Assembly: GCF_006345805.1 (NCBI RefSeq)
Contig: NW_021834625.1
Location: forward strand, 1 to 48,255
Reading direction: 5' to 3'
Length of the DNA: 48,255 bases
Origin: Octopus sinensis
Lineage: Eukaryota
Numbering within the stretch: the first letter of the stretch is position 1; each line of letters opens with the position of its first letter. A model generated the notes under the pieces. The model did not search any database and was not told the origin of the DNA. It saw only the letters and a list, made by a program, of their open reading frames with translations. This document shows, in pieces, positions 23,047 to 36,527 of the stretch. Position numbers and translations under genes: made by a program.

Positions 23047-23437
23047 AGAGGCGCAATGGCCGAGTGGTTAGGGCAGTGGACTCGCGGTCGTAGGATTGCG
23101 GTTTCGATTCCCAGACCGGGCGTTGCGAGTGTTTATTGAGCGAAAACACCTAAAGCTCTACGAGGCTCCGGCAGGGGATGGTGGCAAACCCTGCTGTAGT
23201 CTTTCATCACAACTTTCTCTCACTCTTTCTTCCTGTTCCTGTTTCTGTTGTACCTGTATTTCAAACAGAGTCAGCCTTGTCGCGCTCTGTATCACGTTGA
23301 ATCTCCACGAGAATTACGTTAAGGGTACATGTCTCTCTGTAGAGTGCTCAGCCACTTGCACGTTACTTTCAACAGCAGGCTGTTCCGTTGATCGGAACAA
23401 CTGGAGCCCTCGTCGTCGTAACCGACGGAGTGCCACG
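23047..23437 (+). mobile_element. tRNA-Arg-derived SINE (OR-like family D), full length, with TSD
   Basis: A box tggccgagtgg, gacTCGcggtc arm, B box gtttcgattccc; probable TSD ttcatacgg at 23036-23044 and 23440-23448. Confidence 0.92.
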
Positions 23438-23599
23438 ATTTCATACGGAGATGCAATGCGTCTCGGTTTAAGGAATCTAGCGATCGATATCATTCACGGA
23501 TTATAAAACGAAAACAAAATACACTCAACGTTTTGTAGTTCGTTATTTTTTCATGTCAGGCGAATAGTAATTTCTTTTATTTTTAATATATTTCCATTT

Positions 23600-23775
23600 T
23601 TCATTTGTTTCTGTTATTCGAGTACGGCCATGCTGTTATTCGAGTACGGCCACATTGAAGGGTCTTAGTCGAACAAATCGACGACGGGACATAATATTTA
23701 AAGCCTAATACTTCTTCTATCGGTTGCTTTTGCCGAACTGCTAATTAACACGGCCATAAACACATTAACACAATT
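23600..23775 (-). mobile_element. Degenerate SINE family B tail with 22-bp local tandem duplication
   Basis: tagtcgaacaaatcgac...ttctatcggt...ttttgccgaactgctaa; ctgttattcgagtacggcca occurs at 23611 and 23633. Confidence 0.7.
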
Positions 23776-23789
23776 TAGAAGTGAACGGC

Positions 23790-24237
23790 ATTATCATCAT
23801 CAACATCATTATCATCATCATCATTATCATCATCATTGGCATCATCATCATTACCATCACCATTACCATCATCACCATCGTCATCATCATCATTATCATC
23901 AATATCATCAGTACCAACAACTTCACTACTTCCTCCACAATCAACCCTCCCATTAACATTACAAGCCCCCCACACCGCCACCACCACCACCGCCACCACC
24001 GCCGCCATCACCCGCTCACAGCCACCATCACCGCCCCCGCTGATCCCACCACTACCCAGTCACATCCTTCAACATCACCACAACCGTCATTACTATCACA
24101 TATAGCATCGACTGAACGCGCACGTGTGGAAATAATTGCATGCAACAACAACAATAAAAACAACTTCAACAACAACAACAACAAACAACACAACAAAAAC
24201 GGCAAAACTAACGACAGTAACAACAGCAGCATCAACA
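23790..24237. repeat. (CAT)n/(CAC)n/(CAA)n low-complexity tract
   Basis: Degenerate trinucleotide repeats. Confidence 0.9.
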
Positions 24238-24798
24238 GTGGAGGCGCAATGGCTCAGTGGTTAGGGCAGCGCACTCGCGGTCGTAAGAACGCGGTTTCGA
24301 TTCCCAGACCGGGCACTGTGAGTGTTTATTGAGTAAAAATACTTAAAGTCCGGTGCGGGGTGGTGGTGAACCCCGCTGTACTCTTTCACCACAATTTTCT
24401 CTTACTCTTTCTTCCTACTTCTGACACAAAGCAGAGGAGCTATAGTGTAACCCACTATGGTGTGGTAAACTTTCAGACCCTAGTCTAGATTGCGAATCTT
24501 CTGTATCCCAGGATGGTTCAACTCTCCACTCGTTAAAAAGCCACCGTTTACGTAATGATGATAACAACGTAGCTTTCGCGCCCGTGCAACCGCCAGTCTA
24601 TCTTCAAGTTGTCACACGCATTCTTAGTAGCTTAGAGTAGGCTCGAATTAGAGATTATTCTTTGTGGCTAACGGCGTGAGTCCTGAGAAGAAGAAGAAGA
24701 AGAAGAAGAAGAAGAAGAAGAAGAAGAAGAAGAAGAAGAAGAAGAAGAAGAAGAAGAAGAAGAAGGAGGAGAAGAAGAAGAAGAAGAAGAAGAAGAAG
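24238..24798 (+). mobile_element. tRNA-Arg SINE with a distinct ~270-bp tail ending in (GAA)n
   Basis: Head and core as at 23047 up to about 24420, then an unrelated tail ending ggcgtgagtcctgag plus about 37 GAA units (24687-24798). Confidence 0.75.
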
Positions 24799-24799
24799 A

Positions 24800-25572
24800 T
24801 CATCAACAGCAATATCATCGTTCTCTTCTTTTAAAAGTGATTGCAATAACTGCCGAAGCAGCAGATTTGATAAGCTGCAGCGTAAACTGCAGAAGCATTA
24901 GATACTGCAACACCACTGATGCCATCAACAGCAGCAGCAGCAGCTATTGTGGCAGGAACAGCAGCAACACTACCACCATCAGGGGCAGCGTTAGTAGTAG
25001 CGCCATTGACATCAATGGAAATATGGACGCCGCCAGCATTCTCTGTAACGTCAGCAACACTAATAACAACAACCATGGGGGAAGATGTACAATGGCAGCA
25101 GTAAGAACAACAGCTTCAATATTGCCAACAACAGCAGCAGCATTTTGTCCATCAGCAACAGTAATAAAAGCAATGCGAAGAGCAGCAGCAGCGGTATTGT
25201 AATAAGAGAGGCAGAAAGGGTTATGGAAGCGCCAAAGGCCAACAATAATACCAAGAACTGTTGAGTTTAGCAGCACCAACACTAACATTAACAGCAGCAG
25301 CGAGAAAAAACGACAGCAACAACAGCAGCAGTTGAAGAATTAGCATAAACTATTCCAGCAGCAGCAACAGCAGCAGCGATAGCAACAACAGCAGCAGCAT
25401 CAGCAGCAACAACAAAAACGGTAATCAGGTAACGGTAATATCTTCAGCAGTAGCAATGTTAGCTCCAACACGACCAGCATCAAACCAGCAGCAGCAGCAG
25501 AAGTGGCAGCAAGGACAGCAGCAGCAACAGCAGCAACAGCAGCAGCAGCAGCAACAGCAGCAGTAGTAGCAT
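24800..25572. repeat. Degenerate CAG/CAA-rich trinucleotide field
   Basis: Cryptic (CAG/CAA/GCA)n; no ORF-track frame spans the whole field. Confidence 0.85.
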
Positions 25573-25649
25573 TTGTTGGTGTATCTAGGGGTCGTTTCTT
25601 ATCCGCCGCATTCATTCTTCCTGTACTTTTCTAGTTCTTGCCTATGTGT

Positions 25650-26020
25650 TGTTGTGTGGTAAGATATGTGCCCCCCATCCACGTGGTCCTGGGTTCGTTC
25701 CTTCTGCGTGGTACCGTGAGCAAGTGTCTTTTGCTATACCCTCCGGCCGTCCAAAGCCATGTGAATGGATCTGGTAGATGGAAAGTGAAAGAAGCCCGTC
25801 ATATATACGGCTGTGTGGTAAGAAGTTCGCTTCCCAAGCATGTGGTTCTGGGTTCAGTCCCACTGCGTGGCACCTTGTGCGTCTTCTAATATAAACTCGG
25901 ACAAACCAAAACTTTTTGAGTGGATTTGGTAGATGGAAACCGAAAGAAGCTTATCGTATAGATACATACACGCACACACACACACACATACATACATACA
26001 TACATACATACATACATACA

Positions 26021-26051
<31 letters not shown>

Positions 26052-26592
26052 CTATACCGTGTGTCTTTGTGTCCGTGTTTGTGTTTGTGTGTGTGTGTGT
26101 GTAATAGTAACGTTAAAACACAAAACATTCTCAGAAGAAAAAAGAGAAAATAAATACAAAACACAACATGCTTTTATTTTTAAACAAATGTAAAAGGAAA
26201 ATTCTCAAAAAAAAACGATTTCTAATAACGTAAAAAGAAAGAGCAGGAACAGTAGTTCTGCGAGCATGCTTATCAGAGAGATTGTCTTGAGTAAGATGCG
26301 ACCCGTGAAAAGAAAAGGGCATAGCAAAATGTTACGAGGAAGACTTCTATCTTGCCTGTGGAATACTTGAAGGAACGAATAAAGAAAATAGAAATTAACA
26401 TCGCTTGAGAAGCGTTGGTAATGTGTTTACGTCCCGTAAACTGGTGGTTCAGCAAAAGAGCCCGATAGAATAAGTACTAGGCTTACAAAGAATAAGTCCT
26501 GGCGTCGATTTCTTCGACAAAAGTCCTTTAAAGCGGTGCTCCAGCACAGCCGCAGTCAAATGACTGAAACGAGTAAAAAAAAAATAAAAGAA
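25650..26592 (+). mobile_element. Two family B SINEs in tandem; the second (25809-26592) is interrupted by a 294-bp insertion
   Basis: Heads at about 25650 and 25809; internal (CATA)n/(GT)n; the tail resumes at 26397 (aacatcgcttga...gcggtgctccagcacagccgcagtcaaatgactgaaac). Confidence 0.88.
26103..26396 (+). repeat. Inverted duplicate of 27931-28226 (templated insertion)
   Basis: About 96-97% identical by eye (~10 differences) to the reverse complement of 27931-28226. Confidence 0.95.
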
Positions 26593-27754
26593 GAAACGAA
26601 TAAACAACTTAAAACACAATATTAGGGTTTTAATCACGAGGAAAAGCAGGGCCCATAAGCCATTATTACAAGACCGCCAACATTGACGGGCAGTCGAGAG
26701 GAAGGTCACCTGAAAATGGATCGTTGACCCGAATGCTTAGAACAGAGTTGACACGGTTAAAGGCACCCAACATACTGGGTGGTGGTGTTAAAACGATCAA
26801 CGAGGTAAGCGTACTGAGTAGGCCATAGCAGGATTCGAACGCAGAACTCAAACACGTGGGACAAGTAGCACTTAGCACAAGAGTTTCCGGTCAGGCGTTC
26901 TTACATTTACCCTAAGCGAGTGTCTTGGATTGATGCTTTGGTTATCATTCATACACACACACAACACACACACACACACACACGCACACGCACACGTACG
27001 TGCACATACACATACACAAACACAGTCATGCACATGCATACCTATACACACATATGCATTCGGGGTGCAAAAGTAGGAATACTGTATCACATGAATGTTA
27101 TATAACCTAATTCATTAATATTATTAGCACATTAAAACAGTTAGCCTCATCATGGATATTTTCAGTGCCATTAATCATATTAATACATTTATCGTAACTT
27201 TTAATTGTTTTTGATAGAAATAAATTAGTATTGAAGTACGTGTTCTCTATTTTCATAACTTTATACCCACTTTTGCACTCCCTCTATATAACGATGTTGT
27301 TAGTCATGGTCGTGGTAGTGGTCGTCGTCGTCGTCGTTGTCGTCGTGATCATGGTGGTCATTGTGGTGTGGTGGTGGTGGGAGCGATGGTGCTGCTGCTG
27401 CTGATTGTAGTGGTGGTGGATCTCTCAATTGGAAATTATGAATCAAGTTATTCAATCGACAAAATTGCACCTTTTCAATTATAAAAGCAATCCGATTAGC
27501 CGGCTTTTCTACAGTTTTCGTCTGCGCACTTTCATTTCACATGGCCCCTGAAATTATCGAAAATTTTATTTTCCAAAGAAATTATACCATGGGATCGATC
27601 TCGTTACCTCCTCGCTCTTAAATGTACTTACTACATATTCGGCGATGCTGCACCTACATAGATGATATAGATGAATAAGCTAAGACGAGGATGATCTAAA
27701 GATGAACGACTCTAGTAAATGGCCCTGTACGTGATCCTTAACGCACCAGAAAGC

Positions 27755-28320
27755 AAGATTGAAAGGGAACAACTCCGCCTTTTCCCTAGCCTTTGTTTCG
27801 TAAAACATGAATGTTACTCCATGCTCCCTGTCTCGACCAGTGGAAGAAATATCGATCCATATATCCGACAAATTTTCTTCAGTGTTGAAGGCGTATAAAA
27901 GCGCCCCTGGGCTCTTGATAAACTAGAGGCAATTTCTATTTTCTTTATTCGTTCCTTCAAGTATTCCACAGGCAAGATAGAAGTCTTCTTCGTAACATTT
28001 TGCTATGCCCTTTTCTTTTTACGGGGGCGCATCTTACTCGAGAATATCTCTCTGATAAGCATGCTCGCAGAACTACTGTTCCTGCTCTTTCTTTTTACGT
28101 TATTAGAAATCGTTTTTTTTTGAGAATTTTCCTTTTACATTTGTTTAAAAATAAAAGCATGTTGTGTTTTGTATTTATTTTCTCTTCTTTTCTTCTGTGA
28201 ATGTTTTTTGTTTTAACGTTACTATTGTTTTCAAAATTTAAATTGAAATTCTTGTGGGCGTATTCAGTGGTGGCATGCTTTTGGCTAAGAATTCTCGCCG
28301 CTGCCCCAAAAGAAACTATC
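27755..28320 (-). mobile_element. Degraded 5' region/ORF1 of a probable L1/Tx1-type LINE
   Basis: Minus strand with one frameshift reads KKTSILPVEYLKERIKKIEIASS/FIKSPGALLYAFNTEENLSDIWIDISSTGRDREHGVTFMFYETKAREKAE. It resembles from memory octopus LINE ORF1-like hypothetical proteins; not verified by search. Confidence 0.45.
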
Positions 28321-28685
28321 TTAAATAACTTGCAAATATGACTTTGTATGGAATTGAAATTTAGAAATTTTCAAGGGCAAACTTTATTTTTCTACCTACT
28401 GGCGATTTAATGAAACTCAAGCTTTTTTTCATTTTATTTCCTTTAACTGATATTTATTTAAATTTTCTCCATGAAGTACAAAACGGAAAATTCGCCTTTC
28501 TCCGAATCTGCGTTGATTCAATACCCATCCATTCCAAAACAACCACATCAGTAGAATCAACAACATTCATATCAACAAAAGTATGCACAACAACAACAAC
28601 GACAAGGACAACATATGATTATAAAAGACAAAAGCAAAAATAAAACTGTGTAACATCACAGACATTGCAATATCATCATAGCAGA

Positions 28686-29100
28686 GGACGGCGAGCTGGC
28701 AGAAACGTTAGCATGCCGGGCGAAATGCCTAGCGGTATTTCGTCTGCGTTACGCTGTGAGTTCAAATTCCGCCGAGGTCGACTTTGCCTTTCATCCTTTC
28801 GGGGTCGATAAATTAAGTACCAGTTACGCACTGGGGTCGATGTAATCGACTTAATACCTATATTTGTCCTTGTTTGTCCCCTCTATGTTTAGCCCCTTGT
28901 GGGTAATAAAGAAATAGGTATTTCGTCTGCCGCTTACGTTCTGAGTTCAAATTTCACCGAGGTCGACTTTGCCTTTCATCCTTTCGGGGTCGATTAAATA
29001 AGTACCAGTGACGCACTGGGGTCGATGTAATCGACTTAATCCGTTTGTCTGTCCTTGTTTGTCCACTCTATGTTTAGCCCCTTGCGGGCAATAAAGAAAC
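28686..29100 (+). mobile_element. SINE family A tandem dimer
   Basis: Full unit, then a headless unit joined at aaagaaataggtatttcgtctg. Confidence 0.92.
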
Positions 29101-29419
29101 AAGTAGATATATTTCAGCGATACACTAAAGTCGATTATATCAAACTCAGAACGCAACAGAGTATATAGCTTAATCGACCCTCGGTACAATAAAAGATTCT
29201 TCTTTGATACCAGCGAGATTGGAACTTGGAATATAAAGAGGCTTAACTACTTTACGCAAAACATTGCTTTCGGCTGTTCAACAATTCGGCGAATATCCAT
29301 TATCGTCTTCACATTCGTCAGAGCAATAAGAGCAGTTGGTGATAATAGTTTGACGAGAGGAAAATGGATTTTTGGGGGATACTGCGGCACTTGTTAAAGA
29401 ATAAATCCGAATCCAAATG

Positions 29420-29562
29420 AGGCGTACATACACACACACACTAACACGAACACATATGTTTTGAGTGTTCTAGATATACGTGTGTGTGTGCAAGTGTGAG
29501 TGTATACATATATAAATGCATGCATGTATGTATATATATATAAATGTATGTATATGAAATAT

Positions 29563-29616
<54 letters not shown>

Positions 29617-29854
29617 ATATATTTATTATATATATGTATTCTATATATGTATATGTCTATATGCCTATGTATGTATATACATATATATGTACATATATAT
29701 ATATATACAGATAAATAAAGTATGTATATACATACATATATATAAATAATCATGTATGCATGTGTATACATTTGAGTATGTGTATGTATGCTGACAAGAA
29801 CACTTGTCAAACTTCGATACTAATTTCAAGAGAGACGGAGAAAAAAGCCAAAAT

Positions 29855-29891
<37 letters not shown>

Positions 29892-30637
29892 GACTAATAC
29901 TACCACTACTAGTGGTAGCAGCAGCAACAGCAGCGAGAATAATGGTGAATATAATAGTAGTAATAACGGTAACAAAAAGAAAAAAAACAATAATAATGAT
30001 GATAATAATAGCGAAAATGATAATGATGATGATGATGATGATGAGGATCATGATCATGATGTTGATGATGATGATGATGATAATGCAGTAAACAACAATA
30101 AATAAGTAATCTTCATAGAGAGGAAAGTATATTGAAAATATTCGTGACTTATGTTTCGAGACTAATCAAATATGGCGGACACGTTCAGTTAGTTTTCTCT
30201 CCATATTTGTTTTGTAAGGCAAAGGTCTAAATCTGGTTATAACGTAGCAATAATATCACAGAGATTGACACTATGTTTGCATAGCTTAAACCTTTAACCG
30301 GTTGCTGTATGAATGAATGGATATAATAAAAGGAAGTATACGGGGAAGATTGTGTGTGTATAATGTATGTATTCGTCTGTGCGAGCGTGTGGTTGTGTTT
30401 GTGTTTGAGTGTCTCTCTGTCTGTCTGTGTGTGTGTGTGTGTGTGTATGTGTGTCTACATTCGTATATATCTATATTTTTAGCTACGCATAGATATGTGT
30501 GTTGTGTTGTTTTGTGTGTGTGCGTGTGTATGCGTGTGTACATATATGAATATATCTATAATGTTCTATATATACCTACATATATATGTGATATATGACT
30601 GCATACATAACACATGTATAATACATATTCATATATA

Positions 30638-30681
<44 letters not shown>

Positions 30682-31539
30682 TATATATATATATAATATA
30701 ATACTATAATATTACATATATATATATACATATATATATATATGTATATATATACATATATATACGTATATATATGTATATATATGTATATATACAATAT
30801 ATATATATATGTATATATATGTATATATATATATGTATATATACATATATATATATACATACGTATATATACATATATATATATATACATATATATACAT
30901 ATGTGTGTAAATATATATATATATATATATACATACACACACACACACACACATATGTACGTAAAGGCAAGATAGATGTATGTATGCGAAGAGAACGCAA
31001 CAGAAAAAGAGTTTGACTGAGGGTTATTCAGATTGATGGAAAATACGTCGATCGATCTATAGATAGACAAAAATGACAACAAAGAACGCGATACAATTAT
31101 TGGTATTGATTTATTTTTTTTTACATTATTGTTAAGATTTTATTATTTTTATGATTGTTATGTGTTCGATCACAAATAGCATTACACATTCTACACACGC
31201 GCAATCGTACGCATTAAACACACATCCACATACACAGGTACACATATCTACACACACCTCTCAACGCATAAAGTCTTTACCGCTTACGTCCATATCTCTG
31301 TCTTTCTCTGTCCATCTGAGTGTTTATGTGTATGTGCATATATTCATGTGTATACATATTGATATTCATATATATGTGTGTGTATGTGTGTGTTTGTGTG
31401 TGTGTATGTCTGTCTGTATATATATTATATATATATTATATATATATATATATATATGTACAGACTTACACACATGTTTATGCGCATAATTTTTCATTCC
31501 TTCTTCTTCTTCTCTCGGCTTTCTCTTTGCCTCACCCTT

Positions 31540-31630
<91 letters not shown>

Positions 31631-31670
31631 GTGTCCCTATAAATACATATATAATATATATATATGTATA

Positions 31671-31749
<79 letters not shown>

Positions 31750-31818
31750 TCAGATATTTTTATATATAATATGCATAATTTACATATATATGTATATATA
31801 TGCATATATTGATATATA

Positions 31819-31856
<38 letters not shown>

Positions 31857-32844
31857 TACATATATATGCACATATTTATATTATATATATATGCATATAT
31901 ATATATAATATATATATATATATTATATATATTATAATATATACATAATATATATGTTATATATATACATATGTTTGTATGTGTCTCTATTCATACATGC
32001 ATAAATACATATATTATAGGTTTAGTGTAACTGTGATTGTGAATAGTGTATCGTAGTTCACACAACATAACAAAAGACAGAGATCAAAGTGTTATTAGTA
32101 GGAGGTGAAAGTTGCAAGAGAAAGGTGTATCTTGAAGGCCTATATTACGTATGTCTACTCAACTCAGCCACACAATAGCTGCAGGCGGACCTTGAGGACA
32201 TAAACTGCAGGCACAATGCCAAACAAAATATAAGAGACAGCTTCATCACTCGACAAACACCTTGCTGTTAAGGGTCTGGCTATAATGGAAGTAGGGGAAG
32301 ATCGATGTATAGTAATTTTGAATGTTTAGCGATAGACAAACAGTTGGTTTTAGTAATGTGGGCAAAATAGGCGTGAATGTCGATGTGGTTGTGTGAATAC
32401 GATATTGTGAAGAGCCTTTGTGAACGCGATAATGTATGATGTATGTGTGAATACTGGAATGTAAAGACGTATGTGTGAATGTGAGGGGTGTGTTGCTGTT
32501 TCGTGCGTGTTTGAGCGTCTATGTGTATTGTTGTGTGTTAGTGTTTTAGCGTTTGTGTGTTCGGTTCTGGTTGTCGGTCGGTCTGTCAAAGTGTTTTGTA
32601 TGCATAATGAAATGCTGGAGAAGGAATATAATGTGCTTATTATTGCATTGGTTTCATGTATACAATCACACACACACACACACACACACATGCACATACA
32701 CACAAGCACACAGATGTATATATGTGTGTATGTTTGTTTATATGTTTGTAGACTTACATATATGTATATACTAAAACATAAAGTTATTATTTGTACATTC
32801 CTACATTTCTGGCATATATTCTCATGCGCACAGACTGGTGTAAG

Positions 32845-32880
<36 letters not shown>

Positions 32881-33029
32881 TGACATATATTCTTACATAT
32901 GCATACATATGCAGACACCTATGTATGTATACGTGTGGTTTTGTGCGGAAGTTATGTGTGTATATATGCCTGTGTGTTTATGTGTTTGTCTAAAAGTATA
33001 TATTTTTGTATGTATTCATCTTTATATGT

Positions 33030-33082
<53 letters not shown>

Positions 33083-33093
33083 TAGAGTGAAAC

Positions 33094-33158
<65 letters not shown>

Positions 33159-33171
33159 GATAGATAGATAT

Positions 33172-33203
<32 letters not shown>

Positions 33204-33334
33204 GTAAGATCATCGACAGCTATATATACTTGCACTTATAGTGTGTATTTATTGATGTGTGTGTGCATGTGTGCTTGTTTGTGAGCGTGTGTATTTGAAT
33301 ACATAAGTATATACGGTCTTGTCTCTCTCTCTCA

Positions 33335-33371
<37 letters not shown>

Positions 33372-33380
33372 CCAATACAT
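29420..33380. repeat. Microsatellite field: (TA)n, (CTA)n, (GAT)n, (GT)n, (GATA)n with short unique spacers
   Basis: Directly visible tracts. Confidence 0.9.
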
Positions 33381-33479
33381 GTGTGTGTAGATACGTGTAT
33401 CTGTGTACACTGTCACTGTCAATCGAGAAGGACTTTGTAGCATGGTCCATGCTTCCGGTAATTGTTTTATGCTCCCATG

Positions 33480-34235
33480 TAATCCTTTACGTTATATTAA
33501 ATCTGAAAGAAGGCAAATACAAGCGTTACCTTAAACCCTATGAAGAAGCAAAATAAATAAACGGCATACCGAACAAACCAGCCTCCAACATACAACTCAT
33601 GGCAGGACAATGTTAGACACATCTTGAATATTATTGGATAAAGAAATATTTAATAAAGCTCTGCTATACTACAATAGAACTCTAGAAATAAATACTTTTA
33701 TCGACTACCTGAAATACATAGTGCAACTAATATGAAATAATATTTAACGTAAGAGAGAGAAGAAAAAACCTGATAGCCATGATTTTTCTAACACTGATTC
33801 GTACACACTTTAGTATTTCTCACAAATGTCAAAACCTTCCATAAAAACTGTATAAAGTTTTGCCATAGTTATATGCGGAATTATAAGATCACACATCTGT
33901 AACCACAACCTGGTTGAATATATTAGTAAAGACACGATTAGTGGTTCCTGGATGCCAAATGCCTGAAGTAAGAAACAGTATACTAGGCAGGCGAATAAAA
34001 AGTTATTTTCACAATAAAGACGTGTTTCGGGTTAACTGTGAACACTCTTAAAACAAGTTATATACAACACACTTATGCAGTTCGATCAATAGGTAAAAGC
34101 AGATATACATGCATTCCAAAATATATTTGGGTTTTGAAACACGCAGGAGAAAACAGTTCTTCATTAAAGTAGAGCACATTTGTATAGGCAACGGTTTAAA
34201 AGTGCTACGGTAGATATTGGTAACATGTGGTATTG
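33480..34235 (+). mobile_element. Penelope-like retroelement ORF remnant (RT C-terminal region plus GIY-YIG endonuclease)
   Basis: Across stops and frameshifts: LYVILNLKEGKYKRYLKPYEEAK*INGIPNKP..., DKEIFNKALLYYNRTL..., FLTLIRTHFSISHKC/FHKNCIKFCHSYMRN..., LDAKCL, CFGLTVNTLKTSYIQH...IPKYIWVLK...LK*S. This is collinear with PLE consensus blocks FLDVTLNL..Y.PY.KP..NHP, IFN.A..Y..AL, FL.LI..HF, IK.SYSCM.N, PL.G.CL, YIG.T..FK.RY..H, LSKYIW.LK. Confidence 0.8.
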
Positions 34236-34940
34236 AAATATTAAAAGTTTAAGACAATATTTAAATTGCAAAATTTTCTTCATATTGTAGCAACTGAATA
34301 GTTTAGCCCTGACTAATTATAGTATGATTGATTGTAACAGTTATTTTGTATTATACATAGTGCGACGGCTTTAAGAATTAAGTGTTGTAGATGGTTATGT
34401 GGACCTTCATTCGGGTTATCTTATGAATCCAGTGCCTGAAAGACAAAAAGAAAACAGTTGTTTGGAACGGTTTGTTGTTTACTCGGCTGTTTCCTATGTA
34501 TCTGTTGTGTATACATGAGATTTCATTCCGTAGGTAGGTAACTGTGATACTACAGATTAGGACTCCATGGCACAGTGCATGAATGGCCCCGCCAACTTTC
34601 CTTCAGAAGCTAGTAGTATCGAATGCTTTCTCTGAGATATCGAGAACTGGGAATCCATATGTCTATCTCTATGTCTATCTATATTCATATACTTATATGA
34701 ATGTATAAATGCTTATATATGTGTGTGTATATGCTTATATATATACACGCATGTATGTATACACGAGTGTGAGTCAAAAAGTAATGCCATTTTGTTAGAA
34801 CACAGGAACATGTATCATATATATAATGTATATAATATATATATATATATATAATAATATATAATATATATAATATATATATATATCTATATATATATAT
34901 ATATATCAGTATCATGTATATTATATATATATATATATAT

Positions 34941-35293
34941 ATCAGTTGAATAAGTTCTGGTTTTCACGTTTTTATTATGGTATTTTAACATTAAAAGAAT
35001 ATTTTGTAATACTCATAAAGTTAAATTAGCGCTTTCATATATAGTTTAATCATCAAATTTCAAAAACCGTTATGTTTAAGTTGCATCTAAAAATTCAGCT
35101 TCTTGGAGCGTTCTAAGAGGTACTAAAATTATCAAGGACTCAACTGTCAGTTAAACACATTTGAAATTTGATGGTTACACTATGTATGAAAGCGCTAATT
35201 TAATTTATGAGCATTAGAGAAAAAGTTTTTAGTGTTAAAATACCATGATTAAAAAGTGAAGACCAGACAATTTTGTAACTTTATTCAACTGAT
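34941..35293. mobile_element. Fold-back element/MITE-like, ~125-bp inverted arms, in (TA)n
   Basis: 34941-35064 pairs with the reverse complement of 35160-35293 (atcagttgaataa/ttattcaactgat; taaattagcgctttcata/tatgaaagcgctaattta; catcaaatttcaaa/tttgaaatttgatg). Confidence 0.8.
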
Positions 35294-35329
35294 ATAATAT
35301 TCTATACACATTCACACAAATTAGAAACA

Positions 35330-35386
<57 letters not shown>

Positions 35387-35448
35387 ATTATAATATATAT
35401 ATTATATATATATATATATATATGTATAATTATATATATATATATATG

Positions 35449-35486
<38 letters not shown>

Positions 35487-35944
35487 AGATATATATATAT
35501 ATATATATATATATGGGTCGGGTGTAGATGATAGATATAGATATATTCCATAACATAATGTGTGTGTAATGCAAAATGAAAACACCCTGAAGACTGCGAT
35601 AGTCAATGAAATATAAATACATGATAAAAATTAATTGTTTCTATGCGGCCCTGGTAAGAAATGATCCACTGCCCCGTACTGCCGTGCCCTAGTGGTTGGG
35701 GTCCTTGATCGTAAGGATTAAATCACTTTGTTTATATTGGTTTTGGGTGGGTGGAATACTTTATCAGGCTGATCGTTTGTTCTACATGGGAACAAGGGTT
35801 TCCCCCATTTCTGCCCATGATTTCACGGCTTGCAAGAAACATTTCCACACGCCCCCTCTGGAGTCACTTAAAATTCAGAAACGGGAAGAACATACTGAAT
35901 CAAGTAGACCTAAATAGTCATCATCGTTGTTGTTGTTGCTGTTT

Positions 35945-36510
35945 CCTCTGCCTTAGCGAAGCTGGAGATATTGTTTTCAGTCGTGTTTGTTTGTCCGTGG
36001 ACAAAATATCTCAAGAACCACTGGATGGATTCAGATAAAACTTTCAGGGATGTGGTCTCGTGACTGGCACGAACTGATTAGATTTTTGGACCGAACCGAT
36101 GCCTGACAAAGATTCTGAATCATTTATATTTACTTGACATGATTACGATCTTACGTTAACTTTCAAGTATTTCTCAATTATCTCCTTTAGGTTGTAACTA
36201 TTTTTAACGGTGAACTTGTTAAATATGGCTTGTATTAGATAAGGATAAACTATTTATTACTGTTACTACAGCCACTTTCACATTCCATGACTACCATTGG
36301 GATCGATCACGTACCAGACACAGATTTTGAATTATTTTTTCTGTTTGTTTTACTTAATTTTCGAAAGCGGTCATGTTCATTTTTAGTATTCTCGTTTGTG
36401 AGAGCAGTCGAGTTTATTTCAGATATTCTCATTTTAAAAATCATCTTCGGTTAATCATTGAGGGGACGTTGGTGTTGCCTTGGCGAAGGTTTGCGCTCTC
36501 TGGGTGCACT
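35945..36510 (+). mobile_element. Non-autonomous Helentron-type (HINE/DINE-1-like) element
   Basis: 5' subterminal cctctgcc...(tgtt)n gtcc...atatctcaagaaccactggatggattc...aaacttt; 3' subTIR ggcgaagg followed by hairpin gcgctctctgggtgc. Interrupted at about 36125-36297. Confidence 0.7.
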
Positions 36511-36527
36511 TGATATACTTGTGTTCA

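Noticed and set aside
24837-25615. Possible polyQ/polyA/polyS-coding exon
   Set aside because: Degenerate CAG/CAA field with only short overlapping ORFs on both strands and no evident splice signals.
31540-31970. Irregular interruptions in (TA)n tracts as a possible encoded pattern
   Set aside because: Single-base phase slips are what slippage or long-read consensus errors produce; no reproducible higher-order unit.
35589-35620. CTGAAGA...GAAA hammerhead-like core (also CTGATGAG at about 4102)
   Set aside because: Stems I-III cannot be formed convincingly, and the 4102 site has no GAAA partner.
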